A stretch of 64,000 nt of DNA, from IMG/VR virus record IMGVR_UViG_3300021961_008712, positions 105,751 through 169,750 of that record. One strand, written 5' to 3'. The stretch comes from a virus. Below the pieces are notes generated by a model, which had not been told where the DNA came from, made no database searches, and saw only the letters and a list, made by a program, of their open reading frames with translations. Each line of letters opens with the position of its first letter. Position 1 is the first letter of the stretch. Positions 46,395 through 56,934 of this stretch are shown piece by piece. The translations under genes and the position numbers were made by a program.

Positions 46395-47199
46395 ACTAGC
46401 AATATACATAAAGACTTTTAGTAGAGACTTTAATCGTCTTGAAGTACTTGTTCAATCTATTCACAAATACAACAAGAGTAACATACCAGTATTTATCTCC
46501 TGCCCCAGAGACCAATCGGGTTCTTTATTTTCATTTATCGGTAAGGAAAATTATACCTATATACCTGATGAATATATTTTTACTCCATTACATAACCTTT
46601 CTGGATGGGAAGACCAGATGCTAATAAAGCTTTATGCTCATAAAGCAATACCTGCATCTAATATTTTAATTCTAGATTCTGATTGTTATTTTATCAAAGA
46701 TTTTTATGAATCAGATTTTATAGCATATGACGATGTACCTTATACTATCATACACGAAAATAAACAAGTAGCAGAATATGAATCAGTATTAAAGAATGGA
46801 GTTTATAATGAGACTGGTTATGCTAAGGCTGTAAGAGCTTATAGACAAATATTTGGAGGTAAGTCAAATAAAATATACGACTACGGACCTAATCCTCACT
46901 TATGGTCTGCAAAAGTATTAAATCATTTTGAAGAGCATTACCTTAAAGCAAATAATTTAACTCTAGAAAACTTTTGCTTAGCAATGAAAGGTCAATTTAA
47001 TATTCATTTTAGAGAAACCTTAACATACGGAGAGTATTTGCTAGCTGCTAAACCTATCGATATTATTCCTTGCGGACCTTTCTTTAAAGTTTACCACTGG
47101 AAAGAGATGTGGAATTTCGAAAACGGAACAGGTTTAGAATTAGAAGAGAATATTAAACAAAATTACTTAGGAGTAATTAAACAGTCAAATTGGTCATGA
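46384..47199 (+). CDS. DUF6492-like glycosyltransferase
   Basis: KTF.RD, GW..Q..IKL and LDSD..FI. Confidence 0.65.
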   Translation: MNYKLAIYIKTFSRDFNRLEVLVQSIHKYNKSNIPVFISCPRDQSGSLFSFIGKENYTYIPDEYIFTPLHNLSGWEDQMLIKLYAHKAIPASNILILDSDCYFIKDFYESDFIAYDDVPYTIIHENKQVAEYESVLKNGVYNETGYAKAVRAYRQIFGGKSNKIYDYGPNPHLWSAKVLNHFEEHYLKANNLTLENFCLAMKGQFNIHFRETLTYGEYLLAAKPIDIIPCGPFFKVYHWKEMWNFENGTGLELEENIKQNYLGVIKQSNWS

Positions 47200-48080
47200 T
47201 ATTAATTCAAGTACATCATATGTGGTATGAAACTAACATGATACAGGAGTGTTGGGATTCAATTTTAGCAGCAAAGAAAGCAGCTCCAAAAGTAGATGTT
47301 AGAGTTAAGATTTGTCTAAATAAACAAACTTATATAGAAAAGCCTCAAGCAGGTTTTGATGTTGATGGTTTTTTTAGCAGACATTTAAATCATCCTCTGT
47401 TTAAGGATGCTAGTACTGAAATTACAATTAAGACAGATAAGCATCCATTCTATAACATAGCTGACTGGAGAAGAGAAGTATATGACCCAGAGGCTAAATA
47501 TACAGTTTGGGGTGAAACTGATACAATTGTACCTAGAGACTTATTTGCAATCCTAGATATGGTTGATATTAAAACCAGACACATATTAACTTTTGCCTCT
47601 AGGCCGATGTGGGACAACAGTTGGGATATAGTTACTCATGAAAGACTTCAAGGTTATTCTAAACCTTGTCAGTGTAAGGGGGAACATAAAGCTGATTGTA
47701 TTGAATTACTTGATGCTCCTCTAAAATATAAGGACCACATTACTCAAAAAGAGTTAGATAAGTTTAATGACGAATCAGGCGATATTAAAATACAACAAGT
47801 ACCTCATAAGATTGACGGAAGCTTAGTCTGTATTTCAGGTAATATGCAAACACCATTCATAGCTCCCGGTATGCACTTTGTTAGAGAGGATACTTGCTTA
47901 GAGCATTTCTGTAGAATTAATAATATACCTCAGTGCTGTATTACCTCTAGACTAAAAGGACATAACTACAAGCATCCAAACAAGAGAGTAGGAACAGATG
48001 CTACAAGAAATGATGAAGTATTTAGACAATATGCAGACGCTAGTATAGCTGCAATGAATAACTTTTTAACAGCATTATGA
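47196..48080 (+). CDS. Glycosyltransferase-like protein
   Basis: WGETD DxD-like motif. Located within the GT island. Confidence 0.55.
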   Translation: MILIQVHHMWYETNMIQECWDSILAAKKAAPKVDVRVKICLNKQTYIEKPQAGFDVDGFFSRHLNHPLFKDASTEITIKTDKHPFYNIADWRREVYDPEAKYTVWGETDTIVPRDLFAILDMVDIKTRHILTFASRPMWDNSWDIVTHERLQGYSKPCQCKGEHKADCIELLDAPLKYKDHITQKELDKFNDESGDIKIQQVPHKIDGSLVCISGNMQTPFIAPGMHFVREDTCLEHFCRINNIPQCCITSRLKGHNYKHPNKRVGTDATRNDEVFRQYADASIAAMNNFLTAL

Positions 48081-48913
48081 TAACACACTGTATTAGTACA
48101 TATAGAAACTTAAATTACCTAAAACTAGCTGTAGAATCGGTTAGAAAACATTCTTATTATAAAGATGCACCATTTATAATACACTCAGATGAATCTAATG
48201 ATGACGGGACTAACGAATGGCTGATAGAAAATAAAGATAAGTTTAACTTAACTCCTATCATTAAAGATCTTAACCCATCAGGGATAGGACCAGGAATGAA
48301 TATTTGTGCTGAACATGTAGAGACAGAATACATTAACTTTCTTCACTCAGACTTTTATGTCACTGAAAATTGGGACTTAGAACTAATGAAAATACATGAG
48401 CAGTTTCCAGATAAAAAACTTTGGGTTAATTCGTTTCGTATAGAACCGAATATGTTTGGTGACCGAGACAGGTGGGGTACTCACTTTGTTCCTAAAGAAG
48501 CTTTTGGAGCATATTATAATGATTTTCAAGCTGAGCTTCTATTAGGTTATGCCAAAGTAATAATAGACCTTAATAGAGATGTTACTATACCCAAAGGTGA
48601 AGGAGTATCTGGTCTGGTGAAGAAAAGCGTATGGGATGAGACAGGAGGAAATGATGATAGGTTTGCTCCTACTAGTTGGGACGACTACGACCTCTTTTGG
48701 AGAATGCTTCAGAATGGAGTAGAATTCATTATGCCAGTTAATTCTATTGTATGGCACTTTGGAGCTAGAGGTTCACATAGACTTGAAGAAAATAAAGGAA
48801 AGACTTCTGCAAGGCAAAAAAAGCATGAACAAATTAATGCTAGAAAGTTTTATGATAAATGGGGAGGATTCCCTGAGTTTGATACATACGGAATGATATG
48901 CGGCATACAGTAA
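48077..48913 (+). CDS. GT2 glycosyltransferase
   Basis: DGT.EW, FLHSD, GG.D.RF....DD.D and VWHF. Confidence 0.85.
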   Translation: MITHCISTYRNLNYLKLAVESVRKHSYYKDAPFIIHSDESNDDGTNEWLIENKDKFNLTPIIKDLNPSGIGPGMNICAEHVETEYINFLHSDFYVTENWDLELMKIHEQFPDKKLWVNSFRIEPNMFGDRDRWGTHFVPKEAFGAYYNDFQAELLLGYAKVIIDLNRDVTIPKGEGVSGLVKKSVWDETGGNDDRFAPTSWDDYDLFWRMLQNGVEFIMPVNSIVWHFGARGSHRLEENKGKTSARQKKHEQINARKFYDKWGGFPEFDTYGMICGIQ

Positions 48914-50046
48914 TAATACCTTCTCATAATACATTAGAGCACTTGAAGAATACTTACAAGAGCGTAATAAAGTATGGAAATGGAGCAAAGATGATCATCA
49001 TAGATGATGCTTCCACAGACGGTACTAAAGAGTGGCTAACAGAATACTTTCTCAATGATGTATACAATGATGTAGAAGTAATTATCTCAAAGCAGAGACG
49101 AGGACACACGTACTGGTACGATGAAGGAATGAGGAGAGCAGATACAGAAATAGTATCCATTCTACACTCAGACATGATAATTGGACCTAATTACTTTGAC
49201 AACATGCTCAAGCATCTTAAAAGAGGAAAAGTAGTTTGTGCTACCAGAATAGAACCGCCGATTCATCCTGCAGGTAGAGAGAAAATAGTTAGAAATTTTG
49301 GTGATGAAGCTAAAGATTTCTTGTGGGATACTTTTGAAAAATTTGTACTAAAAGAAAAAGAAGAGCAGAAAGATGTCACAACTCAAGGCATGTTTGCTCC
49401 ATGGATGCTTTATAAAGAAGATCATTTATCGATAGGAGGACATGATCAAAGATTTGCCCCTTATGGATACGAAGACTCAGATATATTCAATAGATGGATT
49501 TTAGCTGGATACGAAATGGTACAATCCAGAGATGCTCTTTGTTATCATATGACTTGCAGAGGTCATAGATGGAATGCAGGAGTAGGAATAGAGAATTCTG
49601 ATTATAGGTCTACGATGGATAGATGTAGAAGAGAATATATTCGTAAGTGGGGCGATTGGATTCATAATGATGAATATCAAATGCCTATAATTTATCCTAG
49701 ATATAACAGAGGTATAGTTCTTAAAAATGGAAATATAAACCTAGTCACTGAGCTTGAACCTTGGGCTGATACCCTATATACTGATTTTGCATTCGAAGAG
49801 TACATCGTATCAGAACAGGCAAAAACAGTAGTTAATTTAAAAGAAAAGGTATTACCGTTGGAGCATTCAAAAAATAACCATATATTTATAGAAGTAGACG
49901 GTAATAATATAACCCAACAGGATTTTATTTACATTCAACAGCTATCAGCAATACTCTCTAACAGTAAGCCAGCAGCTGGAGAGTTTAAGTTAGGCAATTT
50001 AAAGTTATTAATTATTAAATACCATGAAGAAAAAATACACAGTTGA
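48898..50046 (+). CDS. GT2 glycosyltransferase
   Basis: VIIPSHN, IIDDASTDGT, LHSD and GG.D.RF...EDSD. Confidence 0.88.
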   Translation: MRHTVIIPSHNTLEHLKNTYKSVIKYGNGAKMIIIDDASTDGTKEWLTEYFLNDVYNDVEVIISKQRRGHTYWYDEGMRRADTEIVSILHSDMIIGPNYFDNMLKHLKRGKVVCATRIEPPIHPAGREKIVRNFGDEAKDFLWDTFEKFVLKEKEEQKDVTTQGMFAPWMLYKEDHLSIGGHDQRFAPYGYEDSDIFNRWILAGYEMVQSRDALCYHMTCRGHRWNAGVGIENSDYRSTMDRCRREYIRKWGDWIHNDEYQMPIIYPRYNRGIVLKNGNINLVTELEPWADTLYTDFAFEEYIVSEQAKTVVNLKEKVLPLEHSKNNHIFIEVDGNNITQQDFIYIQQLSAILSNSKPAAGEFKLGNLKLLIIKYHEEKIHS

Positions 50047-50200
50047 GTTCACTTACTCCAATGGACAGAAAGAAGAAGTAGTTTTTGAAACAGACAATAT
50101 TAAGTGGAGTATGGATCAGTGGATCAGAAATAGAAGTATTGCTAAAAGAAAAATTATAGACGAAAACGCAACAGATAGTAAGCAGATGCTTTTCGGCTAG
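50024..50200 (+). CDS. 58-aa hypothetical protein, not in ORF track
   Basis: MKKKYTVEFTY...DSKQMLFG fills the gap. Confidence 0.65.
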   Translation: MKKKYTVEFTYSNGQKEEVVFETDNIKWSMDQWIRNRSIAKRKIIDENATDSKQMLFG

Positions 50201-50224
50201 CTATTTATTATAAATCAGTATTCG

Positions 50225-50596
50225 ATGAAAAAATTAGAAAATTATATTAAAAGTGTCATTTCAGAAGCAGCAAAAATTAATTTTGCCGGACACTCTTTCA
50301 TTTTGAAAGTAGATACGAATGAGGACCCTCAGAAAAAAGGAGTTAAGGTTCAATTTCTTCCTACTGAGTTTGGTTCTATCACGCCCACAGAACAGAATGA
50401 TATTGCTATTGAATTAGAAACTCGATTAGAAAAAGGCTTAGGTGAGTTTGATATGAGAGTTGAAAGAGATAGAAACTTAAAAGATAAGACAATTATAGGA
50501 TTCTTTATTTATATAGAATACTTCGATAGAATTATTAGAAAAGCTCTATCAGGTCAAAACCCAGGTCAGGTTGAAGCTGAACCAGAGGCAGTGTAG
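50225..50596 (+). CDS. Hypothetical protein
   Basis: ORF after TATTTAT at 50202. Confidence 0.7.
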   Translation: MKKLENYIKSVISEAAKINFAGHSFILKVDTNEDPQKKGVKVQFLPTEFGSITPTEQNDIAIELETRLEKGLGEFDMRVERDRNLKDKTIIGFFIYIEYFDRIIRKALSGQNPGQVEAEPEAV

Positions 50597-50624
50597 ATAT
50601 TTTACAACCTAAACGTAGAACATA

Positions 50625-51035
50625 ATGGCACCAAGAAAACCAATCCAGGCTTTGAGACAAGTTCTACATTCGATTCATAAAGTAGGTTATAGAATTAGAA
50701 GTGTTTCACCTGATAAAGAGAGTATGAACAAAGCGTCTTTTATTAGAATACTTACTAATCTTAAGAAGATTGAAGATAGGAGAGATTTCATGCAGGATGA
50801 AATCGGAATGGATATGACAATGTACGAAGAGACTTTCTTCCAAGTTATAGAAGATTTATTTAAAATAACATTTGGTAAAGAGCAATGCGCATTAATTCAA
50901 ATGTACCTTTACCAATTAGTACCTGATAAAGAATGGGACGGTACTATCACAATAGAAAAAGATAAAAAAGAACTTCAAGTTAACTTTAGAACACCAGAAG
51001 ATGTTTGGAAAGTTCTCAAAGAAATATCTTCATAA
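50625..51035 (+). CDS. Hypothetical protein
   Basis: ORF. Confidence 0.7.
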   Translation: MAPRKPIQALRQVLHSIHKVGYRIRSVSPDKESMNKASFIRILTNLKKIEDRRDFMQDEIGMDMTMYEETFFQVIEDLFKITFGKEQCALIQMYLYQLVPDKEWDGTITIEKDKKELQVNFRTPEDVWKVLKEISS

Positions 51036-51092
51036 ACAGTTGGAATTCTGATTCTTTTTTCTTATCTTTATGTTTAAATCAATAAAAGTTAT

Positions 51093-51440
51093 ATGAAGAC
51101 ACCTCTTACTATGATTCCTTGTCCCAAATGCGGTGAGGACTTTCCAGAACTTAGAAAAACTCAATACGGATACAATTTCTGTGTAAATTGTTCAGGTGTA
51201 GAGAAAAAAGTTGGAATTACCACAGTTGAAGGAACTGGAGATCATACTTACAACGATCTTATTATTATGGATGCTTCTAAAGCTAGACGAATAGCTGAAC
51301 TGGAAGCATACTATAAGGGCGACAAAAAAACCTTACTAGAAATGCAAAATTGGGATGAGGAAGATGATACAGCAGTATCACAATCCCTAAAAGAAAGTAT
51401 CAATAGAGTTCTTGATGATGAACTCGAAGATTACGATTAA
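51093..51440 (+). CDS. DksA/TraR-like C4 zinc-finger protein
   Basis: CPKCG..PE.R....CVNC. Class I motif at 51039-51068. Confidence 0.6.
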   Translation: MKTPLTMIPCPKCGEDFPELRKTQYGYNFCVNCSGVEKKVGITTVEGTGDHTYNDLIIMDASKARRIAELEAYYKGDKKTLLEMQNWDEEDDTAVSQSLKESINRVLDDELEDYD

Positions 51441-52072
51441 TGGCTAGACCCTCAAAAATTATACTGAAAGAAGATATAGAACGAGCTATGAAAAGAACCC
51501 GTTCTAATATGGCAGCAGCCAGATATCTTCGTGTGTCTTATGATCATTATAAGAAGTACGCTAAGATGTATAAGAACGATGAGGGAGTTAGTTTATTAGA
51601 AGCTCATAAAAATCAAGAAGGAAAAGGTATTCCTAAATTTGCTCTAAAAGGTAAAGATAAGATTCCTTTAATGGACCTATTGGAAGGTAGAGTTCCGATA
51701 GAACATTTCGATGCTCAGGATATCAAAAGAAGACTAATATTCGAAGGCATGATTGAAGAGAGATGTGCTTCCTGTGACTTTTCAGAAAGAAGAGTTACTG
51801 ATGCTAAAGTACCTGTTATTCTTAGCTTTAAAGATGGTAACAAAAAAAATTGGCATTTAGACAACCTTGAGTTTCTCTGCTATAATTGTTCATTTCTGTA
51901 TGCAGCATCGCCTATTGAAGAGAAACAAGCAGAGGCAATGGAAGACTACGTTAAAACACGTAATGATGAGCCTGATTGGGAGTTAGATGAGCATCATATA
52001 GCTCATTTAAAAGAATTAGGACTATACGACGAAGAAGATAACTCCGGTGAGGAGTATATTTCTAGATTGTAA
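51440..52072 (+). CDS. HTH + HNH-like zinc-binding protein
   Basis: SNMAAARYLRVS HTH, CASC and DGN..N....NL..LCYNC. Confidence 0.7.
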   Translation: MARPSKIILKEDIERAMKRTRSNMAAARYLRVSYDHYKKYAKMYKNDEGVSLLEAHKNQEGKGIPKFALKGKDKIPLMDLLEGRVPIEHFDAQDIKRRLIFEGMIEERCASCDFSERRVTDAKVPVILSFKDGNKKNWHLDNLEFLCYNCSFLYAASPIEEKQAEAMEDYVKTRNDEPDWELDEHHIAHLKELGLYDEEDNSGEEYISRL

Positions 52073-52086
52073 AACTATTTATTTAT

Positions 52087-52239
52087 ATGGCAAAGAAGAA
52101 AACTAACAAGCTTTCAACTTTCAAAAAACAAAAACCTCTTGAAAGAAAAGTGGCTGACCAGCTGGTTAAGACACATGAACGTAATGAAAAGTTACGTGAA
52201 AAGTCAATCTCTACAGACTTTTTAAAATTCTTTAATTAA
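52087..52239 (+). CDS. 50-aa basic protein, not in ORF track
   Basis: MAKKKTNKLSTFKKQKP...; preceded by TATTTAT. Confidence 0.6.
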   Translation: MAKKKTNKLSTFKKQKPLERKVADQLVKTHERNEKLREKSISTDFLKFFN

Positions 52240-52250
52240 AAACAACTATT

Positions 52251-52838
52251 ATGAAAAACTTATCCGTATTAGGAGGAGGAATGATTATCTTTGGATTAAT
52301 CGTCGCCTTTACACCAATATCAAGAAGTTTCAATAAAGTCGAAATACTTTCTTTTTTAGAACCAAGACCCGTTGAATTAATAGATATTGAAATAGAAGCA
52401 CCAGACATACTTGAAGACTACAGAAGTCATGATGCATTTCTAGAAGCAATAGGATTTAGAGAATCTGGCAATAGCTATACAGCTGTAAATAGATTTGGAT
52501 ACATGGGAAGATACCAGTTTGGTATGAAAACCCTCAGAGCATTAGGATATGAAGGAACTAGAGACGAATTTTTAGTTTCTCCTCACATTCAAGAGCATGC
52601 AATGCGAGAATTACTGTTGCATAATCAAAATAAACTTCGTAAATTAATAGAAGAGTATGATGGTGAAATAGTTCATGGAATAGAAATAACAGAATCAGGA
52701 ATATTAGCAGCAGCACATCTAGCCGGTGTTAGTAATGTTAAAAAGTTTTTTAACAAAGGAAAAGAATTCAGAGACGGTTTTGGAACTTCAATGACTTCTT
52801 ACATGGTTAAGTTTTCTGGTTATAACTTAGATTTATAA
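52251..52838 (+). CDS. Membrane-anchored lysozyme-like/lytic transglycosylase
   Basis: N-terminal TM helix, AIGFRESG.Y..VN..GY.GRYQFG and AAHL.G. Confidence 0.8.
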   Translation: MKNLSVLGGGMIIFGLIVAFTPISRSFNKVEILSFLEPRPVELIDIEIEAPDILEDYRSHDAFLEAIGFRESGNSYTAVNRFGYMGRYQFGMKTLRALGYEGTRDEFLVSPHIQEHAMRELLLHNQNKLRKLIEEYDGEIVHGIEITESGILAAAHLAGVSNVKKFFNKGKEFRDGFGTSMTSYMVKFSGYNLDL

Positions 52839-53588
52839 ATGGCAGTAAAAAAGATTATCTTCTTAGGGGATACATTTACAAGAGGTGATGGAGCTGAATG
52901 GCCCGGAATGTTTCCTAAATTAGGAGCATTACCAAATGATTTTAAACAGAACAATTGGCAGCTTAGACTTAGAAAAGAAGTAAATGACTTTAGTCAGCTA
53001 GCTAGAGATTTTAACGAATTTTATGGACCTAGGCTTGTTAAGAATAGTGAGTACGTAATAGAGACTAGAAAGGAAAACGGATGGACTAAAAGAGTAGCAG
53101 AACACTTTAAGGTTCCATTTAAAAACTATTCTAATAACTTTAAGTCTATAGGAGAATATCTTCCATTTTTAAATTACCACAGCGACGATGATTTAAAAGA
53201 TTGTTTAGTTGTAGGAGGTATTTTACCTATTTTCTCTGATCTAACGTTTAACCACTCTAATAAAAGTCAGTTAAAAAATATCACAATACCTTATTTTGCT
53301 TCACAGCTTCTTCTTATAAAAGAGTTTGTAGAAAATAGAGGAGGAATCTTTATTTACTTTCATACATTTGACTTTCCAGAAGAGCTATATAATCCAGAAT
53401 ATAATCCTTATTTACTTGAGCTTAGACCGTTATTATTACTAGACGGCCTTTTAGAGAATAATATTGGACAGTCTTTCAGGTATAGGAAATTTGATGGTAT
53501 TCATTACGACCTAGGTGGTCAAAAAGAAATAGCAAAAATTATTATAGATCAGTTGGAATCCTCAGAGTTTATTCATATATTTAGGTAA
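52839..53588 (+). CDS. SGNH-like protein (GDT variant)
   Basis: IFLGDTFT.G ... DGIHY. Confidence 0.6.
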   Translation: MAVKKIIFLGDTFTRGDGAEWPGMFPKLGALPNDFKQNNWQLRLRKEVNDFSQLARDFNEFYGPRLVKNSEYVIETRKENGWTKRVAEHFKVPFKNYSNNFKSIGEYLPFLNYHSDDDLKDCLVVGGILPIFSDLTFNHSNKSQLKNITIPYFASQLLLIKEFVENRGGIFIYFHTFDFPEELYNPEYNPYLLELRPLLLLDGLLENNIGQSFRYRKFDGIHYDLGGQKEIAKIIIDQLESSEFIHIFR

Positions 53589-53604
53589 GTTAAAATTAAA
53601 GGTT

Positions 53605-53928
53605 ATGGCAGAAAAAAGAGGACTAGAGCAACTTAATCTGATCAATGATTATAATATGGCTGGTTGCTTAGAGATTTATAACTCTGAGTTAGGAGGATGG
53701 TACAGGGTAACTTGTAAGGATTTTAGATCATTTAATGGGCCTAGACGAATTACCGAACCTGAATATGTAGAGCACGGTAATGTAAATGTTCCTATGGTAA
53801 CTTACGAATACTACGGTCCAGTCTTTGCTTGGGGTACTAATACAGTCGTAGAGTATTCCGACACAGGTTCATTAGAGAAGAGTGCAATTTGGGAACAAGC
53901 AAGAAAGATATCTAACCAAAGAGGTTAA
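53605..53928 (+). CDS. Hypothetical protein
   Basis: ORF after a class I motif at 53552-53581. Confidence 0.7.
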   Translation: MAEKRGLEQLNLINDYNMAGCLEIYNSELGGWYRVTCKDFRSFNGPRRITEPEYVEHGNVNVPMVTYEYYGPVFAWGTNTVVEYSDTGSLEKSAIWEQARKISNQRG

Positions 53929-54224
53929 TGAAAAAACTAAATTTTAATACTACAGAGGAATTTGAACAGCTATTCAATAAGAAAAATGAAGCAGTTACAG
54001 ATGCTATTGTTCAAGCAATAGAACTAGCTATTACGGAACGTAAAAGTACTGCTAAGGTATTTAGTATCACATTTGCTGATTATGACCTATGTTATGAGAT
54101 TTCACTTCCAAAAGTTGAATGGGTCGGATCTCTTGATTCTTGTTTAAATTTTTACCATGATAATAATTGTGTTGATAAAGCTATCGATACTTGGAAATTA
54201 AGAGAAGCAGCAAAAACATTATGA
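53928..54224 (+). CDS. Hypothetical protein
   Basis: ORF with TAATG coupling. Confidence 0.7.
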   Translation: MKKLNFNTTEEFEQLFNKKNEAVTDAIVQAIELAITERKSTAKVFSITFADYDLCYEISLPKVEWVGSLDSCLNFYHDNNCVDKAIDTWKLREAAKTL

Positions 54225-55426
54225 AAGTAGTTCAGAGTTATATTCCATTTAATAGTTTTCTACAACCAGAAGCAATTATAGAAAAAGAGTATGCTTACTT
54301 AGCTTTACTAAGCTCTCTTCAACTTAAAAAGCTTTATGGAAATGTAACATTGTATACATCTGAAAAGCTAGCCAACCTTTTTTCAAGTATGGACTTTCCG
54401 TATGAATATAATACTTCAATAGACGGAGAGAAAGCTAATTACTTTGCCGCTGCCAAGTTAAGAACGTTCATGGATCAAAAAGAACCATTCATCCATTATG
54501 ATTTAGATACATTAGTATTTGAAAAACCAGACATAGATAGTAAGAAATCTCCATTTATATTTTCTCATCCTGATATGCCCAACAATGGCTTTTGGAAAAA
54601 GGATAGAGTTATTCCTAAGTTAAAGCACAAAGCAATTAATGCTCTTGTACAGGATGTATGGTTTCATAACCTGATGGAATCGTATCTACTTGCATACTAC
54701 AATACCTCTTGGCTACCAGATGGCTATCCAAGTCACTTAATAGACCCTAACAATATTCCTAATATGAATATTATAGCGGTTAAAGATTATAAGACTTTTC
54801 AAGCTGCTACAAAGATAGCAATGGAAATTGCAGATAAGAACGAAAAGATTTTTCACAATAACTGGTTGGCTTCTAACTTTATAGAGCAGTTAACTATTCC
54901 GTTGTACTTAGAGGCTATGAGCAAAGAGTATAGACAAGCATTAGAAGACCATAAAAAGAAAGACCCTGCCGGTTCTCCATTTATGTTTGAACAAGACCCA
55001 TTCACGGTTCCAGCTCTAGGAACATCAGAAGAGGAAGTTAATAAACAACGCTTACAAATACCAGAATTTCCTTTTGTATTCCAGAACTTCTATGCATGTG
55101 GAGAATGTCTAGACTGGCATAAAAAAGTTACTGAAATTAATACAAAAGAAGATTTACTTAAGAACATAAACTTATCTAGAGTCAAATATGCCCATATAGG
55201 AGGAGCAAATAAAGTCTTTGCTTTGTGGCAGTCTATGATTATTCAAACTATTTTAGAAGAGTATGGCGAAGAGGTACTTTTCAAAGTTACTGAACATTAT
55301 AGAAAGATAGATGCTCTAAGTAATAAATCCTATCAACTTTCTGATGGAGAAAAAGCATATGAGAATCTGACAGGTAATCCACTCTTCACAAAAACTTTCA
55401 TGAACAAGAAAAAAAGTTTGTTCTAA
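54221..55426 (+). CDS. DUF6734-like (GT-like) protein
   Basis: MKVVQS, LS...L...YG.V.LYT, KL......EPFIH.D.D and IEQ. ATGA start at 54221. Confidence 0.65.
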   Translation: MKVVQSYIPFNSFLQPEAIIEKEYAYLALLSSLQLKKLYGNVTLYTSEKLANLFSSMDFPYEYNTSIDGEKANYFAAAKLRTFMDQKEPFIHYDLDTLVFEKPDIDSKKSPFIFSHPDMPNNGFWKKDRVIPKLKHKAINALVQDVWFHNLMESYLLAYYNTSWLPDGYPSHLIDPNNIPNMNIIAVKDYKTFQAATKIAMEIADKNEKIFHNNWLASNFIEQLTIPLYLEAMSKEYRQALEDHKKKDPAGSPFMFEQDPFTVPALGTSEEEVNKQRLQIPEFPFVFQNFYACGECLDWHKKVTEINTKEDLLKNINLSRVKYAHIGGANKVFALWQSMIIQTILEEYGEEVLFKVTEHYRKIDALSNKSYQLSDGEKAYENLTGNPLFTKTFMNKKKSLF

Positions 55427-55427
55427 A

Positions 55428-55457
55428 GTTGCCTGACTGCGTTTTTTTTCGTATATT
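55428..55457 (+). promoter_or_regulatory. Class I promoter GTTG-N16-TTCGTATATT
   Basis: Exact consensus copy. Confidence 0.8.
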
Positions 55458-55495
55458 TAAGTAAGTTAAAAGATCAATAATTAAAAATAAAAGTT

Positions 55496-56341
55496 ATGTC
55501 AAACGATGTTATGTTAAGTTTCGCCGATACTCAAAACTACATGAGTAAAGAACAATTAAGAGATGCCTGTCCATTAGCATTTGCTAGTAAACCTACTAAC
55601 CCTGATGTTAGCGGTAAGTATTTATTTGTAAATACTGAAACAATAGTAAATGACTTAGAAAAGCTAGGATGGCTACCAGTCCAGGCTGCTCAAAGGGCAA
55701 GTAGAGGTAAGTCTACTATCTTCTCTAAGCATATGATTGCCTTCCAAAATCCTGAGATTATGATCAAAGGTAAAGATGGAGATGATGCCTACCCTAGAAT
55801 TATTATGACAAACAGTCATGATGGTATGCAAGCATTTAAGTTTAGTGTTGGTATATTTCGATTAGTTTGTTCAAATGGTCTAGTAGTTGCTGATGAGCAG
55901 TTTAGCGATTTTAAAATCAAACATAAAGGATATACATTTGATGAACTTAGAACAGTAGTTAACCAAGCTGTTAACGATTTGCCTAACAAAGTTCAGGTAT
56001 TGAATGATATGAAAAATAGAATTCTTACCAGAGAAGAAAAAGAGCAATTAGCTATCGATGCTATGCTCATTAGAGCAGGTATTAAACCTAATAGCGATAA
56101 AGCTAAAGAGTTTAACTACGATGCTGAAACTATCGAAGATATTCTTGAGCCTAAAAGAACGGCTGACCAAGGAGATAATCTTTGGAAAGTATTCAACGTT
56201 ATCCAAGAGAAGATTACTCAAGGTGAGTTTCATGCTGCTCTAAAAGGAGCAAAAGTTAGAAAAGTTAGAAAGATCAAATCTTTTGAAAAGGATCTTAAGG
56301 TTAATAAGGAGCTATTCCAACTAGCTACTACTCTGATTTGA
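55496..56341 (+). CDS. DUF932/DUF945 family protein
   Basis: KH...F, NSHDG, G.FRLVCSNGL, HKG and LW..FN..QE. Confidence 0.88.
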   Translation: MSNDVMLSFADTQNYMSKEQLRDACPLAFASKPTNPDVSGKYLFVNTETIVNDLEKLGWLPVQAAQRASRGKSTIFSKHMIAFQNPEIMIKGKDGDDAYPRIIMTNSHDGMQAFKFSVGIFRLVCSNGLVVADEQFSDFKIKHKGYTFDELRTVVNQAVNDLPNKVQVLNDMKNRILTREEKEQLAIDAMLIRAGIKPNSDKAKEFNYDAETIEDILEPKRTADQGDNLWKVFNVIQEKITQGEFHAALKGAKVRKVRKIKSFEKDLKVNKELFQLATTLI

Positions 56342-56934
56342 AATTCAAAATTATAAACAGGCAGGCAGATGCTGCTAGAAAGCAGCATTCTGTCGAGCAG
56401 TTTAAGAAGCAAGGTATTGAAATAGAAGTTTTTAATAACATCGACTATCGATACCTGCTTCAAAACTCTCTAACAGCTCATCTATTCCGGAAAGCTGATT
56501 ATTGGGATCATGATTGTAATCAAGAAGGAGTAATGTCCTGTAACTTAGGACATATGATGCTTTGGTTAGAATGTTTTGCTACAAATGAACCTTATGCTAT
56601 ATTTGAAGACGACCTTTGGGCATTCGATCCTATTGATTTTGATTGGAACGAATTAGTTAAACAAGACTTCGATATACACATTATCAGTAAAGCATTTAGA
56701 TGCGATCAGTATATTATTAAACCGGAAGCAGCTAGAAGACTCTTTGATTGGTTTTTGATAAACGGATGGGAGAGAACTTTAGATTTTCATTTACAAGATT
56801 TTAAAGAAGATCCAAGCTTAGGTTTTAAAGTTACTCAAGGAGAGACATTATATTTCTCTCAAGATATTTTAAGAATACCCTCTCAACTTCAAAATATAGG
56901 AAGAGAGCCTTTAAATAAGCGACCATGGGAATAA
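56338..56934 (+). CDS. GT25 glycosyltransferase-like
   Basis: IN....RK, G..SC.LGH..LW, IFEDD and Y.I.P.AA..L. Confidence 0.75.
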   Translation: MKFKIINRQADAARKQHSVEQFKKQGIEIEVFNNIDYRYLLQNSLTAHLFRKADYWDHDCNQEGVMSCNLGHMMLWLECFATNEPYAIFEDDLWAFDPIDFDWNELVKQDFDIHIISKAFRCDQYIIKPEAARRLFDWFLINGWERTLDFHLQDFKEDPSLGFKVTQGETLYFSQDILRIPSQLQNIGREPLNKRPWE

